Part shown: positions 19,829 through 30,457 of the stretch, in pieces | Position numbering within the stretch: the stretch's first letter is position 1 | How the letters are laid out: every line of letters begins with the position of its first letter | Assembly: GCA_004295055.1 (NCBI GenBank) | Contig: SHNJ01000010.1 | Location: 2,136-66,135, forward strand | Direction: 5' to 3' | Length of the DNA stretch: 64,000 nucleotides | DNA from: Alphaproteobacteria bacterium | GTDB lineage: Bacteria; Pseudomonadota; Alphaproteobacteria; SHNJ01 | Translations under genes and position numbers: made by a program | The notes under the pieces: generated by a model | The model's database searches: none | What the model saw: the letters and a program-made list of their open reading frames with translations, nothing else | What the model was told of the DNA's origin: nothing

Positions 19829-21088
19829 CTAAGCAATCTTGGTCTTTCCGGTATTTTCGCCGCTGGTCAAATCGGCGCAAGCCTTGGCAATCCGCCGGCA
19901 GCCTTCGGCCAGTTTTTCCTCGGACGCGGCATAGGAAATGCGGAAAAAATGCCCATTACCCCCGCCAAAAAATTGGCCCGGCACGGTGGCCACATGCGCG
20001 TGATACAATAAATATTCCACAAATTCTTTGTCGTCTTTTATCGGCTGTCCGTTATCTGGACGTACTTTTCCGATCAATTGGCCGCAATCGACAAACACAT
20101 AAAACGCGCCTTCCGGTTTCGGGCAATCCAAGCCTGGAATTTTATTCAATTCCGTTACCATTAAATCGCGGCGGCGCCGGTAAACTTCTTTTTGTTCCGT
20201 CACATGGTTTTGCGGACCCATCAAAGCTTCGACCGCAGCGGCTTGGGAAATAGTGCTTGCGCCGGTAATTTGCTGAGACTGCAACGTAACCATATCCATG
20301 ATCAATTTCTTTGGACCGCCCGCATACCCTATTCGCCATCCGGTCATACGATAGGCCTTGCTGATTCCATTCAATGTCAATGTGCGCGATTTTAAAGCTG
20401 GCATTACTTGCGCCACCGAACAAAATGGCTCCGTGTCATACGACATATGTTCGTAAATATCGTCAGTCAAAATCATGACGTGAGGATGGCGCAACAATAC
20501 CTCGCCTATCGCGGCCATTTCCTTGCGGCTGTATTTTGCGCCCGTCGGATTGCAACAAGAATTAATCATTACCCATTTGGTTTTTCTGGTAATCGCCTTA
20601 TCCAAATCCGCAGGATTCAATTTAAATCCGCTGGATTTCGGCGTGACGACAAAAACCGGCTGCGCGCCAAACAACGTGACGATATCTTCGTACGACGTCC
20701 AAAATGGGTTTGGAATAACCACTTCATCGCCGTCTTGCAAGGTAGCCATGAAGGCATTGAAAATCACATGCTTGCCGCCGCCGCAGACTATGATCTCTTC
20801 CAGACTGTAATCCAAACCGTTTTCGCGGCGGAATTTTTCGCGGATCGCCTCGCGTAAATCCAAGTCTCCTTGCACAGCGGGATATTTGGTACGGCCTGCT
20901 TGAATCGCCTTAATCGCGGCCTGCTTGATATTTTCCGGCGTGTCGGCATCCGGTTCACCAATCGTGAAATTTACGACCGGCTTGCCTTCGGATGCCAATT
21001 GCTTGGCGATTTTATTCATCGCCATCGTCGGTGAATCGCGCACCGCGCTCATCCGTTTCGCGCGCAAAGCTGAATAGTCAAATTCCAT
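19829..21088 (-). CDS. aatA: Aspartate aminotransferase (class-I PLP aminotransferase).
   Basis: FTIGEPDADTP, an SKAYRMTGWRIGY-type PLP-lysine region, and the overall length (419 aa) are typical of AspAT. Confidence 0.88.
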   Translation of the reverse strand: MEFDYSALRAKRMSAVRDSPTMAMNKIAKQLASEGKPVVNFTIGEPDADTPENIKQAAIKAIQAGRTKYPAVQGDLDLREAIREKFRRENGLDYSLEEIIVCGGGKHVIFNAFMATLQDGDEVVIPNPFWTSYEDIVTLFGAQPVFVVTPKSSGFKLNPADLDKAITRKTKWVMINSCCNPTGAKYSRKEMAAIGEVLLRHPHVMILTDDIYEHMSYDTEPFCSVAQVMPALKSRTLTLNGISKAYRMTGWRIGYAGGPKKLIMDMVTLQSQQITGASTISQAAAVEALMGPQNHVTEQKEVYRRRRDLMVTELNKIPGLDCPKPEGAFYVFVDCGQLIGKVRPDNGQPIKDDKEFVEYLLYHAHVATVPGQFFGGGNGHFFRISYAASEEKLAEGCRRIAKACADLTSGENTGKTKIA

Positions 21089-21338
21089 GATATTTATAAA
21101 GTTTCGAGGGATTAAAATTTTATTAGCCGAATCAAGCTATGCGATTTAGCCATATCCCGCAATATCGATCTTATATATAAAGCGATTATATTCCCTCTAT
21201 TTGTATTATTGCGATTTATTTTTTGCACCTGCTAACGGTATCTTAACCTTTTTCGCCTATTCTGCTGCCAAGGACGGAGTAGAACTCGCAAAAAATTATA
21301 ATTGCGGGAAAGTATCATAACCTACCAAGGAGATACCT

Positions 21339-22097
21339 ATGTCCGTTTCTTATCTATCACTTGGCGCAAAAAGTATGGAAGCCACCCCCTGGCGCAAAGA
21401 CGCGCAAATTCTGCAAGGTAAAATTACTGCCACTGCCGGTGAAGCCGTTAAAGCCGACGAAATCGTATTAAGCGGCCGCGCCAAAGTATTATTGGCTGGC
21501 AACGCCACCCCAATCAAACCAAATTTAGATATTCCTGTTTGTTATGGCCCAAAACCAAAATTATCGAGCGTTGACGCAACCAGATTGGCTGGAAGCGACG
21601 ACATTCCGGTTTGCTACGGTCCAAAAATAGACGCCAAAGCCGATAAACTCGACGGCACATTCGTAGAGCTGGATCCAAAAAAAGCCAAACCTATCGATGG
21701 TGCAACCAAAGGCAATGACGTGATACCTCCACCACGGACCCGTCAAGAAGCGTGGGCTGATGGTTGGAGAAATTTAGGAGCCGCTACTAAACGATTAATG
21801 GAATTAGTGGACATGGCAAAAAATCCTGGCCTTAGTACCGTGGAACGCGCGAAATTAAACGAAGAGTTTAAATCCATTGTCACCCAAGTGGATCAATACG
21901 CTCAATCACTAGTGGAAGAACAAGGTTTGACCGGTGGAGACGCTCAAATTTGGCGCAATTCCGTTGGATCAAGAGAGCTATTTATTGATGGCAATGATAA
22001 CTTATTGAGCGCCGAAGGCGTGCAAACTTTGTCAGACAAGTTAACCAAACGCTCTGAAGTGGTATTCCGTACTATGCAATATTTAGGCGTTGCATAA
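21339..22097 (+). CDS. 252-aa hypothetical protein with an internal duplicated motif (DIPVCYGPKPKL / DIPVCYGPKIDAK).
   Basis: Intact ORF followed by a strong terminator. The repeat is visible directly in the translation. Confidence 0.45.
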   Translation: MSVSYLSLGAKSMEATPWRKDAQILQGKITATAGEAVKADEIVLSGRAKVLLAGNATPIKPNLDIPVCYGPKPKLSSVDATRLAGSDDIPVCYGPKIDAKADKLDGTFVELDPKKAKPIDGATKGNDVIPPPRTRQEAWADGWRNLGAATKRLMELVDMAKNPGLSTVERAKLNEEFKSIVTQVDQYAQSLVEEQGLTGGDAQIWRNSVGSRELFIDGNDNLLSAEGVQTLSDKLTKRSEVVFRTMQYLGVA

Positions 22098-22127
22098 GAT
22101 ATAGCTCCCACACAGAGGCACATAAAA

Positions 22128-22160
22128 TGAAACCCCGCTTTACAGCGGGGTTTTTTTATT
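22128..22160. terminator. Bidirectional rho-independent terminator (aaaccccgct-ttaca-gcggggttttttt) between convergent genes.
   Basis: Perfect hairpin with an A-run 5' and a T-run 3'. It can serve both the + gene ending at 22097 and minus-strand purA. Confidence 0.8.
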
Positions 22161-22174
22161 TTTGACCGAATTTA

Positions 22175-23467
22175 TTATCCAGCAAACGGATCTTTAACGA
22201 GGATTGTATCTTCTCGCTCTGGGCTGGTTGACAGCATCGCGATTGGCGCTTCGATCAGCTCTTCGATACGGCGCGTATATTTTACCGCGCGGGATGGCAA
22301 TGCGCTCCAGGACCTTGCGCCTTTGGTCGAATCGCTCCAACCCGGCCATGTTTCGTATACCGCTTCTAATCTTTTTTGCTGTTCAGCGGATGCTGGCATG
22401 TAATCAATTTCTTTGCCGTCTAATTTATAGGCGGTGCAAATTTTTACTTCTTCCATGCCATCCAATACATCGAGTTTCGTCAGTGCAATACCGTCAATGC
22501 CGTTCACACGCACCGCTTGGCGTACCGCGACCGCATCAAACCAACCGCAACGGCGTTTACGGCCGGTAACGGTGCCGAATTCCTTGCCGCGCTGGCCGAT
22601 GCCTTCGCCAATATCGTCAAACAATTCCGTTGGGAATGGACCGGACCCAACCCGCGTCGTATAAGCTTTGGTAATGCCCAGCACATAATGTACATCGCGC
22701 GGACCAAGACCGGATCCAACCGCCGCCATGCCGGCAACCGTATTAGAACTTGTTACATAAGGGTAAGTGCCGTGATCGACATCCAATAACGATCCTTGCG
22801 CGCCTTCGAATAAAATGCGTTTGCCGGCCGCTTGCGCGTCGTGCAAATGGCGGAAGGTCGGTTTAACAAACGGCAAAACCTTTGGCGTAATTTCAGCCAA
22901 TTGTTTTTCGAACGCAGCACGATCGATTTCCGGCGCGTTTAAACCACGCAGTACCGCATTATGATGGAATAATAAATTATCAATTTTTTCTTTCAGCAAT
23001 TGCGCATCGTTCAAATCGCAGAAACGAATTGCGCGGCGCGCGACTTTGTCTTCATACGCGGGTCCAATGCCGCGGCCGGTCGTGCCGATCTTGCCGCCAG
23101 AACGGGCTTCTTCGCGCGCTTTATCGATTTGCGAATAAAATGGCAAAATCAATACGGCGTTTTCAGCCAGCATCAAATTGTCGGGACCAAGCGATACGCC
23201 TTCTTTGCGTAAACTTTCAATTTCAGTAATCAAATGCCATGGATCGACCACGACACCGTTGCCGATCACCGATAATTTTCCGGCGCGAACGACGCCCGAA
23301 GGCAGCAAGGACAATTTATAAACCTTGCCGTCGATCACCAGCGTATGACCAGCATTATGACCGCCTTGAAAACGAACGATCACTTCGGCGCGCGAAGACA
23401 ACCAATCGACGATTTTGCCTTTACCTTCATCGCCCCACTGGGCGCCGATTACTGCCACGTTACTCAT
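22175..23467 (-). CDS. purA: Adenylosuccinate synthetase.
   Basis: The N-terminus [21 protein letters not shown] (P-loop) and GGHNAGHT are present. 430 aa. Confidence 0.95.
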   Translation of the reverse strand: MSNVAVIGAQWGDEGKGKIVDWLSSRAEVIVRFQGGHNAGHTLVIDGKVYKLSLLPSGVVRAGKLSVIGNGVVVDPWHLITEIESLRKEGVSLGPDNLMLAENAVLILPFYSQIDKAREEARSGGKIGTTGRGIGPAYEDKVARRAIRFCDLNDAQLLKEKIDNLLFHHNAVLRGLNAPEIDRAAFEKQLAEITPKVLPFVKPTFRHLHDAQAAGKRILFEGAQGSLLDVDHGTYPYVTSSNTVAGMAAVGSGLGPRDVHYVLGITKAYTTRVGSGPFPTELFDDIGEGIGQRGKEFGTVTGRKRRCGWFDAVAVRQAVRVNGIDGIALTKLDVLDGMEEVKICTAYKLDGKEIDYMPASAEQQKRLEAVYETWPGWSDSTKGARSWSALPSRAVKYTRRIEELIEAPIAMLSTSPEREDTILVKDPFAG

Positions 23468-23488
23468 TTAAATCTGCCTCACGAAAAT

Positions 23489-24646
23489 TTAATTTGCTTT
23501 GCTCTTATATAGCGAATACGCCCAATCCAACCAAGGCAATAATTTCTGGATATCGCCGGTTTCCACCATCCCGCCGGCCCATAAGCGGATATTGGGCGGC
23601 GCTTCTTTATGACCCATAATATCGGTAGCCACTTTTTCGGCCATTAATGTATCGGCAATGGAACGGCAAATAGCCCTGGCCTGTTCATCCGGCAGTTCGC
23701 GGTAGCCGGGTTCGATAATTTTTAGACAAACCGAGGTTCGCGACCTGGCGGAAGGCTCTTCGGCTAAAAAATCCGCCCATGGCGTTTTTTCCACCCATTG
23801 ATCGATTGCGGCGAAATTATTCTGGCTGCGCCGGGTCATGGCATCAAGTCCGCCATTCGTTTCGATCCATTTTAATGCATCCAAACAATCTTCGATACAT
23901 AACATCGATGGGGTGTTAATGGTCGATCCATTCCAAACATCTTCATTTACTTTGCCATTTTTTAACAAACGAAATAGGCGCGGCATCGGCCAAGGCGGAT
24001 TCGATTGTGCCAAGCGTTCCATAGCGCGTGGCGAACAGATAATAACTCCATGCGCCCCCTCGCCGCCCAAAACTTTTTGGAAAGAATAAGTGGTTACATC
24101 CAGCAAATCCCACGGCAAGTCATAGGCAAAAGCGGCCGAAGTAGCATCGCAAATAGTCAATCCGCCGCGGTCTGGCGATATCCAATCGGAATTGGGAACG
24201 CAAACGCCAGTGGTGGTGCCATTCCAACAAAAAATCACATCATGCGCAAAATCGATTTCATGCAAATTGGGCAATTGCCCGACCGGCGCGGTTAACACGC
24301 GCGAATTTTTTATTTTTAATTCGGTCATTACATCATGCCGCCATAAATCGCCGAAATGATCGAACACTACCGCATCGACCGGACGCGATCCGCACAAGGA
24401 CCACATCGCCATTTCCATCGCGCCCGTATCCGACCCAGGCGTTAGCGCAATTTTATAATCCGCCGGAATTTTCAGAATTCGCCTGGTACGATCCAGCAAA
24501 TCCCTAATACGTGCCATCGAATCCGCGCTGCGGTGCGAACGGGCAACCAAAGCATTATTCAATACCGACGGCGTCCACCCCGGCCGTTTAGCCGATGGAC
24601 CGGAACCGAAATTAATATTTTTGGGTTTTTGATTGGGTTTTGACAT
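23489..24646 (-). CDS. serC: Phosphoserine aminotransferase, of the short alphaproteobacterial/archaeal type.
   Basis: 385 aa, class-V aminotransferase fold. The N-terminus NFGSGPSAKRPGW and the overall similarity to the short SerC family are present. Confidence 0.85.
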   Translation of the reverse strand: MSKPNQKPKNINFGSGPSAKRPGWTPSVLNNALVARSHRSADSMARIRDLLDRTRRILKIPADYKIALTPGSDTGAMEMAMWSLCGSRPVDAVVFDHFGDLWRHDVMTELKIKNSRVLTAPVGQLPNLHEIDFAHDVIFCWNGTTTGVCVPNSDWISPDRGGLTICDATSAAFAYDLPWDLLDVTTYSFQKVLGGEGAHGVIICSPRAMERLAQSNPPWPMPRLFRLLKNGKVNEDVWNGSTINTPSMLCIEDCLDALKWIETNGGLDAMTRRSQNNFAAIDQWVEKTPWADFLAEEPSARSRTSVCLKIIEPGYRELPDEQARAICRSIADTLMAEKVATDIMGHKEAPPNIRLWAGGMVETGDIQKLLPWLDWAYSLYKSKAN

Positions 24647-24794
24647 AAGATTATTTCGTTCGATATAGCCACTTTGCCGTAATATAAGCCCAAATCAAGG
24701 GTTATTTTTTATTATAAATCAACAATTTAATTATATTGACATAAGTATTCTTTAAGGATATTATCGACACGCAATTAACAGGAAAAGCTTATTT

Positions 24795-26270
24795 ATGAGC
24801 AATTTAAACCAGGTTACACTTTCGAATCTCGCGGAAAACATCATGCCACTGGTCCGCGCCCAGTATCTTGGTCGAATGACTTATCAAAAAATTCGCTCCT
24901 TACAAACGCTGGTTGATCAGTTCTTTACCCTAGAACATTGCCCAGAAACCAAAGCTCAATTGGAGCCGTTACGCGAGTCTAAGAAAATTACCGCTGCTTT
25001 GTTATTGCAAGCCGTTCTAACGGCCAGAGAAGAAATGAAGCGCGCTCAAGGCAAGGCGCCTGAAATAAGAAATACGGTTTCCAGTGTTATTGGCTCGCAA
25101 CCAGATCTGGTAGATTTCTGCACTGAGCAGGCACGGAAGGTTTCAACTATTGATGTTGATAACCCATTAAACCGCGCCCTTTTGGTGGCAAGCGCACTAT
25201 TATCCGATAAACAGCTAAAAGAAGCACATACTAAATGTACTTTGGGTTCACAGACCAAAGTGCCGGACTATGATGCTGAACTGGCAATAGAAGAAGCAAG
25301 ATTAAAAAAATTAGAAGAATCCAAACCTTGGTCTTACGGTATCAAGGGAATTGCCAGACGTATTAGGAATTCTTTGGATACTGGTTATTTTTTTAAATCG
25401 TTGTTATTGGACGATCCCTTTTCCGATATTCAGCAAAAAATTAACTTGCAGCAAAGTGTGGTTAAACACGCCCAAGAAAAAGTAGCGAAAAAAGCCGAGT
25501 TAGCGGCCGCGATTGAAAAACAAAATCAAGCAAACGATTCGGCTTCAAAAATTTTTGGCCAGCTATTTGCCAACCGCATGCATAAAAAAGCTCAAACAGA
25601 AGCTAAGCGCCGATTGCCGCCAGACTCGGCAAGGCCTATCGACCAGCCCACGGCTTTGGCGTTAGTACGCCTAGAATCCGACATGCCGGAAGTTAAACTG
25701 GCCTTTGATGAGATTGTTACCGGTAAAAAACAGCTATCGCCAGCCGATATGTTTAAATATTTGCGGAACATTAAACAGCTGGCTTCATCCAGCGAGCACG
25801 CATCAATTTTAAATCAAATGCAATTATGGATTGTACAATCTATTGATCAGGGATTACTAGATACCTATGCCCAGGCGATGGCTACAGAAAAACAAGCTTT
25901 ACAAGACAGCATCCAAGCACATAAAAATGACTTAAAGTCGTTCGAAACTCGTTCCACAATTGGTTATGCGATATCAGAAATAATCCGGGGCAATAGACGT
26001 AGCGCCGAACAACGCACGTACGAGCGCCGGGCGATATTGGAAACCAGCAATTACATTAAAGTTTTAGAAAATGGACCGGCTACAGTGGAAATGAATGCCA
26101 TAGCGGATTTATTTACAACTGAAGTCCAAAGACGCGCTTCGACTGGAACGCCATACATATTCCATCCCGCCAATAATGCAGCGCCAAGGAAATCCAGAAC
26201 GGCAAGGAAAATTTCTCACCATCCTAGCGTTCTTCAAAGAATATTTGCAACGGCTTGTAAAGTTATTTAA
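24795..26270 (+). CDS. 491-aa predicted alpha-helical hypothetical protein (effector-like).
   Basis: Intact ORF rich in charged and Gln residues. No domain was recognised. Confidence 0.45.
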   Translation: MSNLNQVTLSNLAENIMPLVRAQYLGRMTYQKIRSLQTLVDQFFTLEHCPETKAQLEPLRESKKITAALLLQAVLTAREEMKRAQGKAPEIRNTVSSVIGSQPDLVDFCTEQARKVSTIDVDNPLNRALLVASALLSDKQLKEAHTKCTLGSQTKVPDYDAELAIEEARLKKLEESKPWSYGIKGIARRIRNSLDTGYFFKSLLLDDPFSDIQQKINLQQSVVKHAQEKVAKKAELAAAIEKQNQANDSASKIFGQLFANRMHKKAQTEAKRRLPPDSARPIDQPTALALVRLESDMPEVKLAFDEIVTGKKQLSPADMFKYLRNIKQLASSSEHASILNQMQLWIVQSIDQGLLDTYAQAMATEKQALQDSIQAHKNDLKSFETRSTIGYAISEIIRGNRRSAEQRTYERRAILETSNYIKVLENGPATVEMNAIADLFTTEVQRRASTGTPYIFHPANNAAPRKSRTARKISHHPSVLQRIFATACKVI

Positions 26271-26794
26271 TAATCATTCGATTGTGCGCGGGATGGGGTA
26301 AGGGTAAAAATCGCCTCCACTTCAACCGCGGCATTTAATGGCAAAGCATTGACCCCAACGGCGGCGCGCGCATGTTTGCCAATATCGCCCAATACATCCA
26401 CCATTAAATTCGATGCGCCATTGATGACTTTCGGCTGATCGGCAAAACCATCGATGCAATTTACGAATCCCGTCAATTTGACGCAACGTTCGATCCGGCC
26501 CCAATCGCCGCGGCAAGCGGTTTTAATTTGCGCCAGAATATTGATCGCGCATAATTTTGCCGCTTCCGCCGCTTGTTCCACCGTGAAATCCTTGCCCACT
26601 TTTCCTTGAAACGCGATTTTACCGTCCTGCATCGGCAATTGGCCGGAAATGTAAACCATATCGTTGATCACAACGAACGGCACATAACTCGCTACCGGGG
26701 CGGCCGGCTGCGGCAACACAACACCCAGCGATTTTAATTTGGCTTCGATAATATCGCCAGCTTGCGGCATGGCGGATGGTTGGGACATGGGCAT
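26267..26794 (-). CDS. ridA: RidA/YjgF family (reactive-intermediate deaminase-like) protein.
   Basis: VVINDMVYISGQLP...GKVG...EQAAEAAKLCAINILAQ...ARAAVGVNALPLNAAVEVEAIF is typical of YjgF/RidA. The start was set at MPMSQ (26794), which is preceded by an aaggag RBS. Confidence 0.8.
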   Translation of the reverse strand: MPMSQPSAMPQAGDIIEAKLKSLGVVLPQPAAPVASYVPFVVINDMVYISGQLPMQDGKIAFQGKVGKDFTVEQAAEAAKLCAINILAQIKTACRGDWGRIERCVKLTGFVNCIDGFADQPKVINGASNLMVDVLGDIGKHARAAVGVNALPLNAAVEVEAIFTLTPSRAQSNDY

Positions 26795-27277
26795 TGGAAA
26801 CTCCTTTTTACAATAAACGAAATGTAATCGATCTGACCCATTACACAAAAGAAAAAGGGGCCGAGTAAAACTCAGACCCCAAGTTAGGAGGCAGGGTAAA
26901 CTAAACGACCGCTAAGTGGCGCAATGGCCAGCGGACGAAACTTTGGAGGAAAAAATTCTTTTGGAAGCGATATGGTGGGAAGCCGAATTCATTATAATTT
27001 TGTAATCCCCGAAGAAAAAATATCTATATATTCTTACTCTATAACTTATCTGTAGACCGATTCGTCGGCAAAATATTCGAAAAGCGTGTATAACCTTACC
27101 AATATTTTGCAGTTTGTGGTCTTTTAACCACTATGGATAGTTGCACTATCCATAATTTGATGATTAACACGGGTTAAAACCTATGTATAGCCTAAAACCG
27201 GCCCTGGGGATGAATTTCTGTGGACGAACAAGGGGATAACATGAGTGCGCCGCACTCAATGCGCTATCCACCGCATT

Positions 27278-27748
27278 TTAGGCAATGCGCGCATCGTGCA
27301 AAGTAAAATAATAGTCTTCAGGATCGGAATCTTGAAAATCAAACTTACCGGTTAGCGCGACCAATTGATCCGTCGCCGGCAAATGTTTTTCCGATTCAAT
27401 TAACGCCAAAGAAGCGCGCCCACCAGCATAGCAAAACGCGCAATGAAATGGGGCGCGAGACAATAAATACAATTTTTTACCCGGCGATGGAATCGATTGC
27501 AGATAACCTTCTAGCGTGACGTCCTGCCCTTTCAATTTGCGGATATCGCCGCTTATTTTTGGCAGTGCCGTGATTGCAGTGCTGGGATCGGTGCCTTCGG
27601 TGGCCTTTGCCAAAATATTCCAAGCGCCTTGCGGAATTTTAAGACCGGCATCTTGCGCCTTGGCCAATGTCGACGCCTCGCTGCGTTTGGCGAAAGCAAA
27701 AACCGGCAAGCCAATCCCGAAAGCGGTGAGAAAATTTCTTCTTTTCAT
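27278..27748 (-). CDS. Periplasmic hypothetical protein (DUF3299-like) with a Tat/Sec signal.
   Basis: MKRRNFLTAFGIGLPVFAFAKRSEA looks like a Tat-type signal. 156 aa. Confidence 0.5.
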   Translation of the reverse strand: MKRRNFLTAFGIGLPVFAFAKRSEASTLAKAQDAGLKIPQGAWNILAKATEGTDPSTAITALPKISGDIRKLKGQDVTLEGYLQSIPSPGKKLYLLSRAPFHCAFCYAGGRASLALIESEKHLPATDQLVALTGKFDFQDSDPEDYYFTLHDARIA

Positions 27749-27936
27749 GCGGCACCTTTGAAAGCGTGAAGTTTGAAAGCGTAAGGTTAGGGAAATACTA
27801 TAGCAAACATGTTATAGTATAACAACTATGGCTTTTTATAGGCGATTTAGGTGGATATTAAAACACTTGAAATATCGCGTGATTTTTTAGACAATGCGCC
27901 ATCGCCATCATCGGCCCATATCTCAGGATTTTCTTA

Positions 27937-28296
27937 ATGACCATCGGCACCAGAATTCATACGTTTTTATTCGGCAAAAAAGTCGGCCAAGATGAATTTG
28001 GCAATATATATTATACCGAAAAAAGAATGGCTAAAAATCGCCGCACCAAACGTTGGGTAATTTATTATGGCGATGCCGAAGCCACCCGCGTGCCGCCCGA
28101 TTGGCATGGGTGGTTGCATTACACGGTTGATGCGCCGCCGCCATCGACGGGTCTTGTTACACGCAAGCCATGGATTCGTCCGCACCAAGCCAATCAAAGC
28201 GGTACGCCCAATGCATATTTGCCGCATGGCCATCTGTTAAAGGGTGACACGCGCGCCAAGGCCACCGGCGATTATGAACCGTGGACACCCGTATAA
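27937..28296 (+). CDS. NDUFA12-family protein (NADH:ubiquinone oxidoreductase 17.2-kDa subunit-like).
   Basis: IHTFLFGKKVGQDEFGNIYY...KRWVIY...VPPDWHGWLHYTVD is the conserved NDUFA12 signature seen in alphaproteobacterial homologues. Confidence 0.8.
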   Translation: MTIGTRIHTFLFGKKVGQDEFGNIYYTEKRMAKNRRTKRWVIYYGDAEATRVPPDWHGWLHYTVDAPPPSTGLVTRKPWIRPHQANQSGTPNAYLPHGHLLKGDTRAKATGDYEPWTPV

Positions 28297-28326
28297 AATA
28301 ATCATTTATATTTTAAAGGAACAATT

Positions 28327-28824
28327 ATGAGTCAGCATCAAAATACGATCGAAGCCGTTTTAGGCGCCGTTGTCTTGGCCGCCGCCGCCATGTTTTTATG
28401 GTTTGCCTATACGATGGCGGATTTGCGGTCAGAAAGCGGATACGATGTAAGTGCGCGGTTCGATAAAATTGGCGGACTTAAAATAGGATCTGACGTTCGC
28501 CTTAGCGGCATCAAAGTAGGCACCATCAGCGGACTCAGCCTCGACGATAAAAATTTCATGGCCAATGTGCGTATGACCATTCAAGAAAATATTCACTTGC
28601 CATCGGATACTGTCGCCGAAGTCGCCAGCGAAGGTTTGCTGGGTGGAAATTACTTGTCACTAGTGCCCGGCAGCGAAGATCAAACCATTCCCGCGGGCGG
28701 ACAAATTAAATATACCCAAAGCCCAGTGGATTTAGTGCAATTATTGGGACGGTTTATATTCAGCGGCGCCGATAAAGCCAAAGAAGAAACCACAACCGCG
28801 CATCCGGGCGCCAGCGCCAATTAA
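28327..28824 (+). CDS. mlaD: MlaD-like MCE-domain protein (outer-membrane lipid asymmetry maintenance).
   Basis: N-terminal TM anchor followed by an MCE domain (GLKIGSDVRLSGIKVGTISGLSLD). 165 aa. Confidence 0.7.
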   Translation: MSQHQNTIEAVLGAVVLAAAAMFLWFAYTMADLRSESGYDVSARFDKIGGLKIGSDVRLSGIKVGTISGLSLDDKNFMANVRMTIQENIHLPSDTVAEVASEGLLGGNYLSLVPGSEDQTIPAGGQIKYTQSPVDLVQLLGRFIFSGADKAKEETTTAHPGASAN

Positions 28825-28826
28825 AC

Positions 28827-29624
28827 ATGGTCGATATTTCTGTTTCCCGGCTGCAAATATTTGCAGACGAATTGCATAATATTGCCTTTACCTTGGGACA
28901 AGAATTACTGTCGTTGCGCGTTGCCGGGCTGAAGGAAACCAAAAAATCCGACAACAGTATCGTGACCAACGCCGATTTTTATTCCGATAAAATTCTGCGC
29001 CAGCATATTTCGGCCATGGAACGTCAAATTCCGATTGTCACCGAAGAAACTTACGATGCCGATCCGGCATCTGCGCCAAAAGGCATGCCTCTATACTGGT
29101 GCATCGATCCCATCGACGCCACCAGCAATTTTGTCAAAGGCGGCAGTTATTTTGCCATTAATATTGCTTTGATTAGCGCGGGGAAGCCGATTCTGGGCTT
29201 CATTCATTTCCCGGCTCTGCATATCAGTTATGGCGGAATCGCAGGCCATAATGCCTGGCGGCAAAATGCCAGCGGCCGTCTGGAAATTATTCAAGCCAAA
29301 CCATATCCCGAAAAGAATTTACGTGTAATAGTTTCTTCTCATGGTCACGCAAAGCCGGAACGGCTGGGTGCGATTGCGCCCCATGAAAACATCGGCACAG
29401 TCGAACGTATCGACGGCCCGATTAAATTCGCGCATATTGCCGAAGGCAGAGCGGATTTATATCCGCGCTTTACCCATTTGCGCGAATGGGACTTGGCGGC
29501 CGGCCACGCCATTGTAATGGCGGCCGGCGGAAACATTCGCGATACGTCTGAAAATGAAATTCTGTATGGAAAAAATGCGGACTTTACATGTCCGCATTTT
29601 GTAGCGCGTGGAAAAACCGTTTAA
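28827..29624 (+). CDS. cysQ: Inositol-monophosphatase-family protein / 3'(2'),5'-bisphosphate nucleotidase (CysQ-like).
   Basis: The IMPase motifs WCIDPIDATSNFVKGG and the metal-binding EE..D pattern are present. Confidence 0.78.
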   Translation: MVDISVSRLQIFADELHNIAFTLGQELLSLRVAGLKETKKSDNSIVTNADFYSDKILRQHISAMERQIPIVTEETYDADPASAPKGMPLYWCIDPIDATSNFVKGGSYFAINIALISAGKPILGFIHFPALHISYGGIAGHNAWRQNASGRLEIIQAKPYPEKNLRVIVSSHGHAKPERLGAIAPHENIGTVERIDGPIKFAHIAEGRADLYPRFTHLREWDLAAGHAIVMAAGGNIRDTSENEILYGKNADFTCPHFVARGKTV

Positions 29625-30316
29625 GCGGCGCGTGCGGTAACCGTTTTTTTCGATCCGGCTTTAGCCCGGCGCAATACTTCTTTGGCCAGCGTTTCGATTT
29701 CTTTTGCCGCTTCGGAACTTGGATGGCTTTCAACCACACCCTTGCCTTCGGCAAGGCTGGCTTGGAAAGCAACCCGGCTGCCGATGGTCGCATCGGAAAC
29801 CTCGGCACCCAGCAATTGCGCTTCTTCGATCATTTTTGCAGCCAAGTTCGTGCGCAAATTGATCCGATTCATAACCAGCAAGGCTGGCACTTTTTCACGG
29901 AAGCAAAATTGCAATGTTGGTTTGGTTGCCCATAAATCCATCGGGCTTGCTTGCAATGGAACAACCACAATGTCGGACGAACGGACGGCGATCGATACCT
30001 CAGCTTCGGCGCGGGGCGGCGAGTCGATCATAATAATGTCAAATCCAAATTGCTTTAGGCGCGATAGCTCGCCGACCATGCGCCAGCCGGTAATCGCAAC
30101 CACTTCCGGTCCTTCATAAGCATCGGCCAGAACGCGAGCGCGCATATGACTCCATGCGCCGGCGCTGCCTTGCGGATCAATATCGATCAAGGCGACCTTA
30201 TACCCCTGTTTTTGCCAAGCCACTGCCAGTTGCAAAGCCATTGTGGTTTTGCCGGCACCGCCCTTTTGTTGGGCGACAGTGACGATAATTGGGTCTTTGG
30301 TCGAATCGGAACGCAT
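29621..30316 (-). CDS. Orphan ParA/MinD-family P-loop ATPase (no adjacent parB).
   Basis: The deviant Walker A IVTVAQQKGGAGKTTMA, IDIDPQGS and a basic C-terminal tail are present. No ParB-like neighbour is seen. Confidence 0.8.
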   Translation of the reverse strand: MRSDSTKDPIIVTVAQQKGGAGKTTMALQLAVAWQKQGYKVALIDIDPQGSAGAWSHMRARVLADAYEGPEVVAITGWRMVGELSRLKQFGFDIIMIDSPPRAEAEVSIAVRSSDIVVVPLQASPMDLWATKPTLQFCFREKVPALLVMNRINLRTNLAAKMIEEAQLLGAEVSDATIGSRVAFQASLAEGKGVVESHPSSEAAKEIETLAKEVLRRAKAGSKKTVTARAA

Positions 30317-30457
30317 GAGGCACCTCGATAAAAAGAATGGAAATATCCATAAAACTTAAGATAAGCTATCATAATAATAATCCCCAGCTTTAGCAGCGGC
30401 CAAAGATACACGCCGCTATTTCATACACAGGTTTTTTGTGGCAGAAGTAAAGGCATA

